Source of the DNA: Mytilus californianus
Lineage: Eukaryota
Length of the DNA stretch: 64,000 nt
Assembly: GCF_021869535.1 (NCBI RefSeq)
Contig: NW_026262668.1
Span: forward strand, 123,442,001-123,506,000
Direction: 5' to 3'
Shown one piece after another: positions 13,785 to 26,886 of the stretch (positions are counted from its first letter, which is position 1; every line of letters starts with the position of its first letter). Made by a program: the position numbers and the translations under genes. A model generated the notes under the pieces. That model saw nothing but the letters and a program-made list of their open reading frames with translations, did no database searches and was not told where the DNA came from.

Positions 13785-15206
13785 GTAAGAGAATTTCTAC
13801 TGTTTTTTTCCTATAAAGTCATTCTTGATAAAAATATAATATTATGCATGACATTCAGTTCAAAAAAAAATTCAATAAGAATTATGTACAATTATTATTT
13901 CTCTCTATATACAAGTTGACAAGAATTTAGATTAATGTACGAGTTGTTAATAACAGGTAGTTGACATCAAATTAATACGTTCAAGGATAAATCAGAAAAT
14001 TAAACTACTCGAACGAAGCTAATCAAAAGCTTTGCGACATGCGTATAGATTGTTACTAACAACGAAATCCTCTTTCTCTATAAAAGTAAATTATGAGCAA
14101 TACGATCAACCACACAAAACAGGGAGTGATATCAGGTCTAAACATAACTAACTAGTATACCAAAAATATACTAGTATGTAAAATAAACAAAATATTGTAA
14201 ACCTATTAAGTCTGTCAGTCAATCTATCAAGGCAAAAACTGTTTGTTTTAGTTCACTGTTCAATAGAACCACATGATCTACTATCATCACTTTCTTTCCG
14301 TCGTCTGTCCTTCGTTATATAATTTCTATTTCCATCATCTCCTCTGAAACCACCAAGTCAATTTAACTTTTTGAAAACTATACGGACATAATAGTATATG
14401 TCCAGTGTCTACAGGCACACAAAGGACATGGGTGTCCTTCGTTAGACAATGACAGTTTGGTTAATTGATATTTCAACAAATATTCGGCATTCCAATCAGT
14501 ATTCACTCTGCATTCCTACTGGTCGTTTTTGTACTTATATAAAGCAGAATTGATAAAAATGAACTTCCCAAAGACGAATGGCATTTGTTTATTTTCTTTT
14601 GTTATTTTTGCTTTTTATTTTATTAATTTATTTTGTCCATCTTTGTTTTTTGTTTATAGTATTAAGGTAAGATTTCCGAACACGGACAAATTTTCGGGTT
14701 TATAGATAACATGTTATTTAGATTAACTGATTAGTCTCATATATCGAGATGTGTCTCATTTGAAGGAGAGTCTTGCTACAAGAATTAAAACTCTAAGAAG
14801 TCTAGATGAAATATTTTCAATGACCGTTAACAGATATAAGAAGATAGAGGCGAAAAGTACTAAAGCATAAGCCAATGACAAACTGACATTCAAACTCATA
14901 AGTCGTAAATAAACTGACAACGCCATGGCTAAAACAGAAAAAGACAAACAAATAACAGTATACAAAACACAACATAGAACACTAAAGACTGAGCAATACG
15001 AACCTCATCGAAGACTGGTGATGATATAATGTGCTCCGGAAGGGTAAGCAGATCCTGCTTCACATATGGCACCCGTCGTGTTGCTCATTTAAATTTATAA
15101 TGCATTCGAAGCTTCACATGCATTATGTGTTATGCTGCAAAATTTACCATGTTTTATCTCTTGATATTCTAAAAATTTCTTCACTATTGAGAATTTCTTT
15201 TGATAG

Positions 15207-15356
15207 CTAATGCGAGTACTGCGTCACAACTTGAAACAACTACTATGAAGACTAATATGAAGACTACAGTGTTTTCAACTATGATAAATACACAAACATC
15301 AAACACGGAACTGTCATCAGAAACTTTTATTTCAACAGAAGCAACTACTATTGAAG
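15207..15356 (+). CDS. Kringle/LDLa membrane protein, Thr/Ser-rich stalk exon
   Basis: tttgatag|...|gtagga, 150 nt, phase 1-1. NASTASQLETTTMKTNMKTTVFST...TEATTIE. Confidence 0.75.
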
Positions 15357-15624
15357 GTAGGATAAGTACTGGCTATTCTTTTATAGTTCTTAATAACAGA
15401 CCATGGAAAAGTAGTTTCAGAGAAGATCATTGTACATGTTTACGACGACCATGGACGCAAAGTAAAACCAATAGAGTCAACTCCTTGTAGGAATTATGAC
15501 CCTTAAATTATGGTTTATTTATTTATTTAGTTTGGTGCAGAAATACATTATCAAAGCAATCGTTTTAACCCTTGGTGTTACTGCTTCGTCATCCGATAAG
15601 AAACCAAGCATTTCGCACTGTATA

Positions 15625-16752
15625 TTGAAAACATCAATCGACAACATAATAAGATCTACAAATAAGTCATATGATTGATCAATCGACAACTTAATAAGAT
15701 CTACAAATAAGTCATATGATTGATCAATCGACAACTTAATCAGATCTGCAAATAAGTCATGTGATTGAAAGCATCAATCGACAACTTAATAAGATCTACA
15801 AATAAGTCATATGACTGAAAACATCAATCGGCAACTTACATAAGATCTACAAATAATTCATATGATTGACCAATCGACAACTTAATCAGATCTGCAAATA
15901 AGTTTTATGATTGATCAATCGACAACTTGATCAGATCTAAAAATAAGTCATATGATTGAAAACATCAATCGACAACTTACATAAGATCTACAAATTAGTC
16001 ATATGATTGAAAACATCAATCGACAACTTAATAAGATCTTCAAATAAGTCATATGATTAATAAATCGACAACTTAATCAGATCTGCAAATAAGTCATGTG
16101 ATTGAAAACATCAATCGACAACTTAATAAGATCTACAAATAAGTCATATGATTGAAAACATCAATCGGCAACTTACATAAGATCTACAAATAAGTCATAT
16201 GATTGATCAATCGACAACTTAATCAGATCTGCAAATAAGTCATATGATTGATCAATCGACAACTTAATCAGATCTGCAAATAAGTCATATGATTGATCAA
16301 TCGACAACTTAATCAGATCTACAAATAAGTCATATGATTGAAGTCAAATTTATGACTGGGTATTGATTGTTTTGTTGAATACTGTGATATGTAAATATTT
16401 GTCAATCAATATGTGACACTATAATAAAATAAATATTTATTTATTTATTATTGAAAACATCAATCGACAACTTAATCAGATCTACAAATAAGTCATATGA
16501 TTGATCAATCGACAACTTAATCAGATCTACAAATAAGTCATATGATTGAAAACATCAATCGACAACTTAATAAGATCTACAAATATGTCAGATGATAGAT
16601 CAATCGACAACTCAATCAGATCTGCAAATAAGTCATATGATTGATCAATCAACAACTTACATAAGATCTACAAATAAGTCATATGATTGATCAATCTACA
16701 ACTTACATAAGATCTACAAATATGCCAGATGATTGATCAATCGACAACTTAT
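15625..16752. repeat. Minisatellite, 45/50-bp unit (gattgatcaatcgacaacttaatcagatctgcaaataagtcatat, with or without an aaaca insert), ~22 copies, interrupted at ~16340-16450
   Basis: Exact 45-bp period visible at 16201/16246. The 50-bp variant alternates irregularly. Confidence 0.92.
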
Positions 16753-17526
16753 ATTATGTCGGTATCCCTAAAATATTTTTTTTCATGATTGTCTATTTTC
16801 TATAGTATAAAAATGGCTGGATAGAAAAAAAATTTCCAGTTAAAGTGACCAGCAAGACAATATTATGGCTCGTGCACTTTCCTCCAAACACTACTTTGGA
16901 GTAAATTTTTCGAAAGGAGAAAGTAAAGAATACAACAATAAAATAAAAAAATAAAAGGAGGTCTTGTCTTTTATCATGCCACTTTCTTACTCATTACCCT
17001 TCTGTAAAGAATCACTTCATCGAAAATCAGTTGGAAAATATAAAAATCTATTCGAGATATTTCTCAAGCTCCCATTAGATTCTTTCAGATAGCCTAATAG
17101 TCTGAGAATTCTTCTGTTTCAAAGAAGCCATATCTCCGATTGAGTTAACACTTAAGAATGTCAGACCACAGTAAGTACAAAATGTAGATTCGATAGTCAT
17201 TAATAGTTCGTCCCGAGTGCAAACAATAATACAATGGATAAAAAGTATCCCAGACTAAGAATATTAAAGCAAGAATCATTATCCTTATTTCTAAATTATA
17301 AATTTTGTTCTGACATGAGAAGGTTTGATAAATTTTTGGCTTCGTGAATTCGTAAATCGAAGTATCATTATTCTATCAAATACCTTCCTTCAGATATGTA
17401 CGAAACAGTTTGACAGATATTAGTATTTACATTTATTTAAATTTTGTATTTCATGTCAAATATTATGATTGAAAGCATTTCTAGGTATATATAATATCAA
17501 AGGAGTTTGTTTTCTTTATTCTTCAG

Positions 17527-17792
17527 GTGTAACCGAGGCGACTTGTAACTGTTTATGCCAGAACTTCTCACAATTCAGTTCCACTCCAATGGATTTAAAA
17601 TTAAGACTAGCTGAACTTGACAGGATTCTTCGTGTCAATAAATATTCGACCAATTTAAACAGAAGAACAAAAACCAGCGCAGCAGACGACCGTGTTTCAT
17701 CAAAATCTTTTGGTTATATAAGTGTACTTCTTTTGATAGGTGTGGTCTTATTTATTGTATTTCTTGATGTAGTACCTAAACCATCACTTTAG
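17527..17792 (+). CDS. Kringle/LDLa membrane protein, terminal exon with C-terminal transmembrane helix
   Basis: cttcag| phase 1. VTEATCNCLCQ...LDRILRVNKYSTNLNRRTKTSAADDRVSSKSFGYISVLLLIGVVLFIVFLDVVPKPSL*. CxCxC, basic segment, SAxDxRxSS and a hydrophobic helix. Confidence 0.85.
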
Positions 17793-18229
17793 TATACAAT
17801 TAAAGACTAAATTGATTTTGCTTAAAACTTATAACAGGGAATTTAAATTACTAAAAACAGATAACAGTAAATTAAAATCAATAACAGATAACAGTAACAT
17901 GATCATGAACATAGTTAATTACAAATAGTAGCATTGGTCTGCGATTTGTTTAATGTTTAAATTCTCTACCAGTATGTTTAATAAAAAAAAAGCATTAGAA
18001 AGTTGACACAATATTCAACACTAAATAGATTATTGTTCTTGTTCCACTTGTTAAAAAACAAAATACATACATGTATAAAAGATACGTCAAGTTTTATTAA
18101 TTCGATTGAAAATATGAAACTCCAACAAGACTGCTACATAGTGACATTCGATGCGAAATAAATTGATGAAATACTAGAAGCCACAAACCGGGCACTGGGC
18201 AATATTGATCCAAGCGATTATGAAATCCA

Positions 18230-18960
18230 AGTTTCCCCCCAAAGCATAGAAGAATAGGCCTATTAAGGCTTATTCTAGAAAACAATGAATTTATTACAAT
18301 ACATTGTACTATGAAACCTTGGACATACTTATGGGAGGAACAACATCCGCTGGATTAGCAGACCTCACGATGTACGTTATTCTCGAGAACATCTTACAAC
18401 GCTTTCAACATAGAAACAATATGATAATGACATCCAGATTTAGGGATGCCGGCTGGATCATATATATTTATAGAGGCCTGTAGAGGAGCTACATGAGCTA
18501 ACACTGAGCATTCACACTAAAAGTTTACCTACAAATTTTCATGTAATGAAACAATATGCCTCGACACTGTCATATACAAAGGAGCAAGATTTTTAAAGGT
18601 ATATAAGACATTAAAACACATATCAAACCAACTGAAACCTTCCAATATCTGCACAGACACAGCTCACATCCAAAAAGTGTTTTCAAGGGATTTATTAAGT
18701 GTGCAGTGTTGAGATAATAAGAAACACAAGCAGCAATACTGAATTTGAAAAACAGCTCGAATCTTTCAAAATGTGTCTTCTCAAACGAGAGTATAAAATT
18801 CTTTATCAAACACAAAATACAGAAAGGAAAAAATTGCTTAGACAACGCCCAACGAAACAGGATCAACCACTAGTAATGTTAACAAAATTCAACCCGTCTA
18901 TACAGAAACTAAAAAATATTGTAAGGAAACACTGAAAACCTATTTCACAAAACCCTGAAC
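18230..18960 (+). mobile_element. Penelope-like element RT fragment (second family, degenerate)
   Basis: MGGTTSAGLADLTMY...SRFRDAGWII, then HIKPTETFQYLHRHSSHPKSVFKGFIK...IIRNTSSNTEFEKQLESFKMCLLKREY (PLE RT palm/thumb). Confidence 0.7.
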
Positions 18961-20859
18961 GTGTGAATATCTAATCATAAGCCTATTTTAGCTTAATTAT
19001 ATAAGAAATAAAAATTTACAAAAACTATTATAAAAGCCTTATGAGGTACAGTTCTTTTGATTTTTCACAACACAATATGATACTGAGCTCTTATAAAATC
19101 GATAATTTACTAATTTATCCAAAGACAACCGGTGTATGGCCCAATATAACATACAAAATAAAACGACAAAGCAAAGAAAACACACCAATATAAAACTTAT
19201 TGAATCGACTACTGATGGAGAGGTTTTCCCCAAACACGACTGAAACACTGGACGTTATACAATTACGGATGCATTTATTTGTAACATTTAATAGGGAAAA
19301 GAAACTCATGTTTATATGGTGTGTATGTTACTGGAACCCTTCTCTGAATAATGGAAAACCATAGTACCAGTGGTGAGACCGTAATGTTCAATTTCAACAG
19401 AATATATGCTGTCAAAAAGTTAATATTGAAATTTCAATAGCATTTAGCCACAAATACATTTTCAAAATAACAGATAACAAATAATCAAATTGTCTTAAAG
19501 CAGCTAACAAGGAATTAATCAATAGCAGTTAACAGCACATATATTTTCAAAATAACATTTAATAAAAGTTTTAAATGCCTAAAACAATAAAAGTTTTAAA
19601 TGTCTAAAAAACCTTAACAAAATAAGATCTTGCCCCCCCTCTCATATATCATATATCCTATTGATACCCGGTGCAGAAATTTAACACTTTTGGAGATATG
19701 GACTGATATCATAGGAAACTCTGTGTTACTGATTCGAATTATAATTAGCTGTTCGTATCCTATAGGAAATAAGAATTATTTGTGTAATTTTGTAAGAGAT
19801 GTTTTAGATTATTGTTCATATAGAAGTTTACAACTTTTGAAACATTTTATTGTATCAATTTGGGTAAACGTTCACACTGAAGAGTAAAGCTTATTGCAAT
19901 GGCTTCGAAACTGGAGGTGATATCATCTGATCTTACAGGGTTAATATCTACTGCTCCACATATAAATCCCGTCGTGATGTACATCGTTTAAATTAAGGCA
20001 GTAGTTTACCGATGGTTAAATCTCGTTAAACGATTAAAAAGAGACGAGACAAATCAAACAAAAACTCAGGGAATCGCATCAACTCCAGAAGGAGCGTAAC
20101 CGAGTGCGCCGACAGGATAAACGTATCCTGCTATGCATGCATCGCCCGCCATGCGAATTCACATTCTGTCAAAATGTCACAATCGGGAATAGGACACCAT
20201 TGTTTAAATTACAGATCAGACGACTCTACCGGTATCTAAAGATCTAAGACCGCCAAAATACGTCGCTAGTTAGTTGAGACACCGACACGTAATTTGTGAT
20301 GGTAACCGTAAAACGTATGTAGTGTCAATTTCATTCTTTTTTCCTCATAACTCTGTTGGAGTTGTTTTCGTTTAAGAAACACCCCCCTTTAAATGAATCC
20401 GTATAGTATAAACATGCAAGGGCGTAACGTATTAGCTGTGATATGTAAATACCATACGATGGAACAGAGTGTATGTTAATGATGAGAAATGGGAAGTTGA
20501 CAATTGGAAAATTGAAATCATTTCGTTTGTCATAGATTCTAGTTTGAAGCCGATTATTATTGAAATATTGTGGGGTCAGATTAGTTTAAGGACGAAATCG
20601 CGACTATTTAACTTTTGTAGAAATGGTATTACTTGAGCTGAATATAACCCTGTAGTTTTTTGTTAGAGTGTTTGTGCTCGCTCGTGAAAGTCACTGAAGT
20701 TGACGTAAGGTCGTAAGAAGTATTCACCATAAGATGGTAGGTATGTCTCTCCCTTTACTATGATGCTTACGGTTCTTATAATGTTGTTTTATTGTTCAAA
20801 CGTAGTTTTGTGTATTGGTTTAAAGTAAACTTTGTTATTTTCGCAGAGTAGTTAGAAGG

Positions 20860-21985
20860 TAAGATTACAAGAATACCGAACTCAAAGGAAAATTCAGAAC
20901 GAAAAGTCTCTTATCAAATGGCAAAATCAGAAGCTGAAACACATCAAACGAATGGAAAACAACTGTCATATTCCTGACCTGGTAAAGGCATTTCCTTATG
21001 AAGAAAGATGGTGGATCAAACCTGGTTGTATAGCTAGCTAAACCTCTCACTTGTATGACAGTCGCATAGAATACCATTATATTGACAACAATGTGTGAGC
21101 AAAACAAACAGACATAATAGGTAAAAATGTCAAAAATTGAGGTACAGCAGTCAACATTGTGTTATAATCTTAATCACTATAAAACAAACAACTATGTCAA
21201 CAAAGAACAACAAAATGGCACTCTATCGACAAAGCACATTAGCCAAAATAAAACAGACAAGACTACAAAAAATGATCATAGCACAATAACACAATGGCGG
21301 GATGTATAAATACCGAGCCACGCCAAAAGGATATTACAAAAAATGGATTAAACAATAAAGGTTAAAAAATATACAAAGACAAATAAAAATAACCTTATAA
21401 CACGTAATAAAGATGATACACAACGTCAGTACCTAGAATCTATACATCATGTATTATTTGTGAAGTTGATACGGAATATTTATCAACAAGTTCTTGGTAT
21501 CTTCCGGTGAACTTTTTTTTTAGAAAAAGGACTAGACGAGACGTTCTTTGACATAACCCTGGTTCATCAACTTTCTGCTCAGACACTGGTGGCGTTTTAT
21601 AAAGTCTGAGTAGCAGTTGCAAGCTCTTGAATACCGAATGAGTTGGGAAATGTATATCCCACATGCCGGTGAAGTTGGTATATTGCTGCTAAGGTGGGGG
21701 AAATTTATAATTCCAAAATTAAAATCGTCTCGTTTGGCATAGATTCTGGTACTGAGGTAACCGCTTTTGTCACATGCGAGGTATAAGTCTAAAAATAAGA
21801 CGGATGAAGCTGTGTCTGTTGTTTCTTTAATTTCTAGTTCTGGAGGATATATTAATGAAACCCAATCAGAAAAGTTTGGATGGTTAATGGAAAGAACATC
21901 ATCAATATATCTGAATGTGAAATTAAATGATCTGGCTTCTTTGATCTTCTTGTTTTTGACAAGTGTCTGAAGGAACTCCGACTCA
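20860..21985 (-). mobile_element. Penelope-like element: RT C-terminal half (21440-21985) plus flanking repeat
   Basis: Hand translation: ESEFLQTLVKNKKIKEARSFNFTFRYIDDVLSINHPNFSDWVSLIYPPELEIKETTDTASSVLFLDL...KRDDFNFGIINFPHLSSNIPTSPACGIYISQLIRYSRAC. YIDD motif intact. Confidence 0.85.
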
Positions 21986-23329
21986 TTTTTTTGGTGGGAG
22001 AAGGGTTTGGGGTTAAATTTGAAATATCGGAGTTGATGATAAATCTTGTTGGTTACTGTTTCAAGTATTCATTAGCGTTTTAGACTCGGGACTATTGAGA
22101 TAATTTGCGTCGTTGGGTTGCTGTCTCGTTGGCGTGCAACGTGTCTGATACGCTATAGCAGTCAAATGCTTGGCGATGACGTTTCAACAGAAAAACAGTT
22201 CGACATTATTTGTACGTGACATATATTTAAACAACTTCAGTTTGATAATAAGACTTTAGTCTGAATCTATAAAATTCAATATCATAATAGTAGAAATATG
22301 CAATTCATTGATAGGTGCTATGCAATTGTCCTAAATGAACTTAGTCCCGGCTTTTAATTTCAATGTTTATCTTAAACAAACAATAATAAAACTTTTAAAA
22401 AATCGAATAAGTATCTATAATGTAACATCACATGAATTTATACAAATAACTTTACCAAATTGTTAAGACGTTTATAAGTCGTGAAAATTGGTTTCATGCG
22501 TATTTCTGGATTTATGTTTTTGGAAAGAAATCTAATTAGCGAAAATATCATATACCCATACTGATTAACTTTTTTAAAGATCTTTCATTTCCATTCTGTA
22601 TTTATATTGATTTTTAATATGCTTTGTTTAGTAAATATGTTATCCCATTTTTTTATGTGCTATAAACATCAACTACCCAATTAAGTAAGGAAATGGGGAT
22701 ACACTTCAGTCAACAACTAGTCCAAATAACATAAGTTTAACAAAAATAGAAATATATGGACGTTCCGTAAATACCCAGTCTGACAAGGATATATCTGCTT
22801 AATTACACTGAATTTGAATAGAGAAAAACATAAGAACTATGTTGATTCCATTATTATTACCAAGACGTAAGCATGGTAGTTTCATTTCCTACCTAAAACG
22901 AAACTTGGACATTTCAAACATGAGTTAATCGAAATTGTGGTTAGCTAGTTCACATTATCTCATTTATATAACATGATCTTATTTCAGAAATTTGATTTTA
23001 AAACTAACGGCTGTTCATACATGTATTGACTCTTAAGTATGACTCATGATTGTTATTTTATAACTTTTTTGACTATCAGTTTTTCCAGAACATGACGTTG
23101 AAGATTCTCTTGTTGAAGTTATGATACATGTAGCTAAATCAAATCAAAATATATCTAATTAATATGTAAAATGTTTGTAATAGACCAGTGTTTGTGATAA
23201 ATTTACCAAATATACTATATTACCGGTATTGATAAATCACAATGACAACACCATATAAACATATAAAGCTTTGTAAATGAATATATTTAATATGTTAACA
23301 CACATAAACTAACAAAAAATTCACGAAGG

Positions 23330-23960
23330 CCAAATTCGCCTTTTGCTATATGATTGTTTTTCGTTTTGAAACTATTCCTAGTAACCATTTACAAAAAAAT
23401 ATTTTGAACAGTTTCAATGATTGTGTCAACCACCTTTTTCTGTGCCTTAAAATTCAGCACCATAATAAAGTATTGGAGCAACCATGGAGTCAAACAAGTT
23501 AAATGCAAGATGTATGTCTCTAGTTCCGATTTTACAGATATCGCGTTTTATCATGTTCAGAACTTTTTCACATTATATTCTTAATGTTTAGCAACAGTAG
23601 GATCATTTCAGTCTATTGGAAAAATATATTCCAAAAAATTTGTTATAACTGGCAACTTTTAAAAGTTTTGAAGTGCCACGTCTCAATTTTAGACAATTTA
23701 TCTCCATTCTTAAATACAACAATATTTGATTTGTCCATGTTGATATTCCACTTGTCACAAAACTTTTCTAAACAGTTTAATCGTCTCTGTAGATCAACTG
23801 GTTTATCATCTATAAGCAAGATCGTATTCGAAGAGAGGCAGTATAACGTTATGAAAGTTTTCATATAATAAAAATCCCATTTCCAACACTATTCTCAATT
23901 TCAGTTTGAAGTTTATTTATATACATAGCAAACAAACACATAATTACAAGTTAAAGTGTA
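23330..23960 (-). mobile_element. L2/CR1-like LINE RT fragment (degenerate)
   Basis: AMYINKL...; LLIDDKPVDLQRRLNCLEKFCDKWNINMDKSNIVVF; AFNLFDSMVAPILYYGAEF. Confidence 0.75.
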
Positions 23961-24959
23961 CCTTATCAAAGAATATTGAAGAGGAAGGCTTTGACTCACT
24001 TAGGCATACTAAATACACGTAGGTGTCGAAGCCGAGTTTTGGAATGCTGATACCGTCATTAACATGTAACAGTATTCACAGTATTCACGTTAAAATAATT
24101 GAACATTGTTATTTGGTCTTACAATTCTCTAAATATGCAGTAAGCATATGATATATTGGTAAGAATTAGTATTATCGTGTAGCAACTATATTTTGAGTTT
24201 CGGTGTATTTGGGGGGATCAATGCTATTCTACATGTATTATTTGTTATTTTCATAAAACAGATAATATTCTGCAAGTAATGTGTTCTTAGTTACTCCTTG
24301 TATAATTTATTTACATTTTTTACTGGAACGTTTGTACTTTTAGAAAAACAGGTTCAATAACTTTATTGTTAGTAATATGTTTGATTCATTAACATGTGTA
24401 GTTAGAAAATAACGTGTCGTAAAATCTTTCGATAAGTATTTTATTCATTCTTTAGGTATATTTTTTCTTCATATTTCATCATTATGAATATTTTAAGTTC
24501 AATTCATAAAAAAACTATTCCCACAACTTGCATACGGTTTAGATACGTATTAAACGTACCATATATGCGTATAGTAAATCAAGAAATGTCAATTAAGGTT
24601 AGGCAGCATATTCTGCTTTTAATCATCGGTCTAAATTTTGTTTTTGTTGTCCATACATGTACTTAGACAAGGTCTTCACATGCCCTTTTCTATTCTCTCG
24701 GCTTTGGCGAATACATATTGATTAAATGCTATAGAGTTCGACGTGTCTTTAATGAAATGACTGAAATCACATTTTAATATATGACTGTTATTTCGTTTAG
24801 GAAGCTACAACTGGGCTTAAAAAATAATCGATGTGAATGCATTTGTTCAAATTTGAGATTGTACATGTCAATGTAGTCGGAACAAATCCGTATTTCAACA
24901 TTGTTTAAATAATTATAGAAATATACAGTAATACCCCTCCAAAAACAAGACAGTTCAAA

Positions 24960-25259
24960 TTATTTTATATATTTAGTTCGTTTTCCTGTTAGTTCCTGAG
25001 AGAATTCAAAAGTGTATTTGTCTCGTAGGCAGAAACTAATCTCTTCATCTTTTAACCATGGATTTTCTTTTGCAATATCCTGTGTGGAATTTTTTGAAAT
25101 ATTTATATTTCCAACTCCCTCTGGTTCGGGAGAAATTTTATCATCATCGCCATTTCCACAAAACATTTGCCATGTAATGCAACATAAAGTGACTAATGCG
25201 ATAAAACCCCCAAATCCAACAGCAAGACCAATGATGACAGAAAGTGGTAGACCATTATC
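24960..25259 (-). CDS. Type I membrane C-type lectin, exon 5 (TM helix plus cytoplasmic tail)
   Basis: tttttgtag| phase 0, 300 nt to TAA. DNGLPLSVIIGLAVGFGGFIALVTLCCITWQMFCGNGDDDKISPEPEG...KRTKYIK*. Confidence 0.8.
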   Translation of the reverse strand, partial: DNGLPLSVIIGLAVGFGGFIALVTLCCITWQMFCGNGDDDKISPEPEGVGNINISKNSTQDIAKENPWLKDEEISFCLRDKYTFEFSQELTGKRTKYIK

Positions 25260-26209
25260 CTACAAAAAAAAATAATGGACATAATATTATATATTGTATG
25301 GTGCAATGATTTCGTAAGGAACATACTACAGGTATATGTTTTATTTTTTATTATTACATGTCATTACCTTAAATCATACTGCTTATTTCCTCTTTTGATT
25401 TATTGAACACGTCGCGAGATATTGGTGTTACTTCGTAAAAATCGTCCTCTCCTTATTTTAAAAATACATGTATAAACCAAGAGTGTAACAAAGTACCTCT
25501 CATGCACGGGAAAAGAAATTGATTTACTAACTATACCAAGAGTGAAACAAAATATTTCTACATTCTAACGCGTGTGTAGTAAGTATATTAACCCTTTGTT
25601 CATAAAAGTTGCAAAATTTCAACCTTTCAATCAAAAATCATAAAATTTCTTTTTCAATAATTTAAAAGAATTTAAACGAAAACACAATTTATAAAAACGA
25701 CCAAAAAATATCATTTAAGTAAGAAATGAAAAGTATTTTACAAATTCTGTTCAGTTGTTAAAACATTTGACAAAAAAACTAAAGCTATTCTGTGTTAGAG
25801 ATATGCAGAGCAAATCTGTGGATAAGTGCTATCCGCTTGGTAAAATTTTTCGTTCACCAGGCTTTGAGATATGCAGAGCAAATATGTTGATAAGTGCTAT
25901 CCGTTTGATAAAGGCTTCGTCAACAGACACAGCAGTTTTCAATTTAAATCCATTTGTTGGATCCTATTTACTTTACTGCTTGTAGTAATTCTCCTACTAA
26001 TCATGCAAACACAAATGCAGATATCGGAATAGAATTAATCATTCTCGATTGTTGTATCGCCTTTAGGTTTTAGAATGTGTTGAATTTATTTACAATTTTT
26101 TGTAGACTTGCAAACCTTTTCGAATTTGACATAAGATGCGTACATATGTATATGGTTATCAAACAGTTCACTGAACTCTTTCATTTCGTTTCAATAGTTA
26201 TGTTCTGAC

Positions 26210-26520
26210 AGAAGATGTGATACGATTGCCAATGAGACAAGTATCCAACATGAGTCCAAATGACGTAGATTTAAGCAGCTGTAGGCCACCGTACGGCTTT
26301 CAACAAAGAGCAAAACCTATAATGTATAGTCAGTTATAAAAGGCCTTGATATGACAAATGTGAAACAATTCAAACCAAATATTCAACGGCCTTCTCTATG
26401 ACAAAACAATAAACGAAAAAAAATTTAAAATATAAAACACATCAACCAACGATAACCACTGAATTACAGGTATCTGACTTGGGACAGATGCTTGAACAGA
26501 CAGTTCCGGATTAAACATGC
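26210..26520 (-). repeat. Dispersed non-autonomous repeat family B (caagtcaggagcctgtaattcagtgg...gaaggccgtacggtgacctatag...cattggcaatcataccacatcttc), resembling bivalve pearl/HINE-type elements
   Basis: Homologous copies at ~27700-27900 (-), ~34350-34610, ~41630-41990, ~45190-45390, ~58780-59190 (with family A nested) and ~63430-63960. Several have tandemly duplicated cores. Family name is recalled, not searched. Confidence 0.75.
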
Positions 26521-26700
26521 TCGTTTGTTTGCGGTTTAATTAGCGTTTATCCTACGTCCATCTTTCTTTATATTCAGAAACCGATTTTTTAACGACACAT
26601 TTTTCTTTGTGTAGAAAATCAGCTTCACCCAAATCTTTAGCAAGGAGATAGATACAAAAACATCTTTAAACTAAAATGGAACATTTGGTTTCTTAATTTT

Positions 26701-26798
26701 GAAAGAAACACCCTCCTCTTTAAATAAATAAACAAAGAAACACCCTCCTCTTTAAATAAATAAACAAAGAAACACCCTCCTCTTTAAATAAATAAACA
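26701..26798. repeat. 32-bp tandem repeat x3 next to the lectin exon 4 splice donor
   Basis: gaaacaccctcctctttaaataaataaacaaa at 26705, 26737 and 26769. Confidence 0.9.
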
Positions 26799-26812
26799 AC
26801 TAGAATACATAC

Positions 26813-26886
26813 TTTAGTAATAGACGTTTTAGTAGTTGATGTCATGGATGTCGTACTTGGATCAACACAGTTAAGAAGGCCATCAG
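26813..26886 (-). CDS. Type I membrane C-type lectin, exon 4 (Thr-rich stalk)
   Basis: tattcag|...|gtatgt, 74 nt, phase 1-0. (A)DGLLNCVDPSTTSMTSTTKTSITK exactly bridges the phases of exons 3 and 5. Confidence 0.75.
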
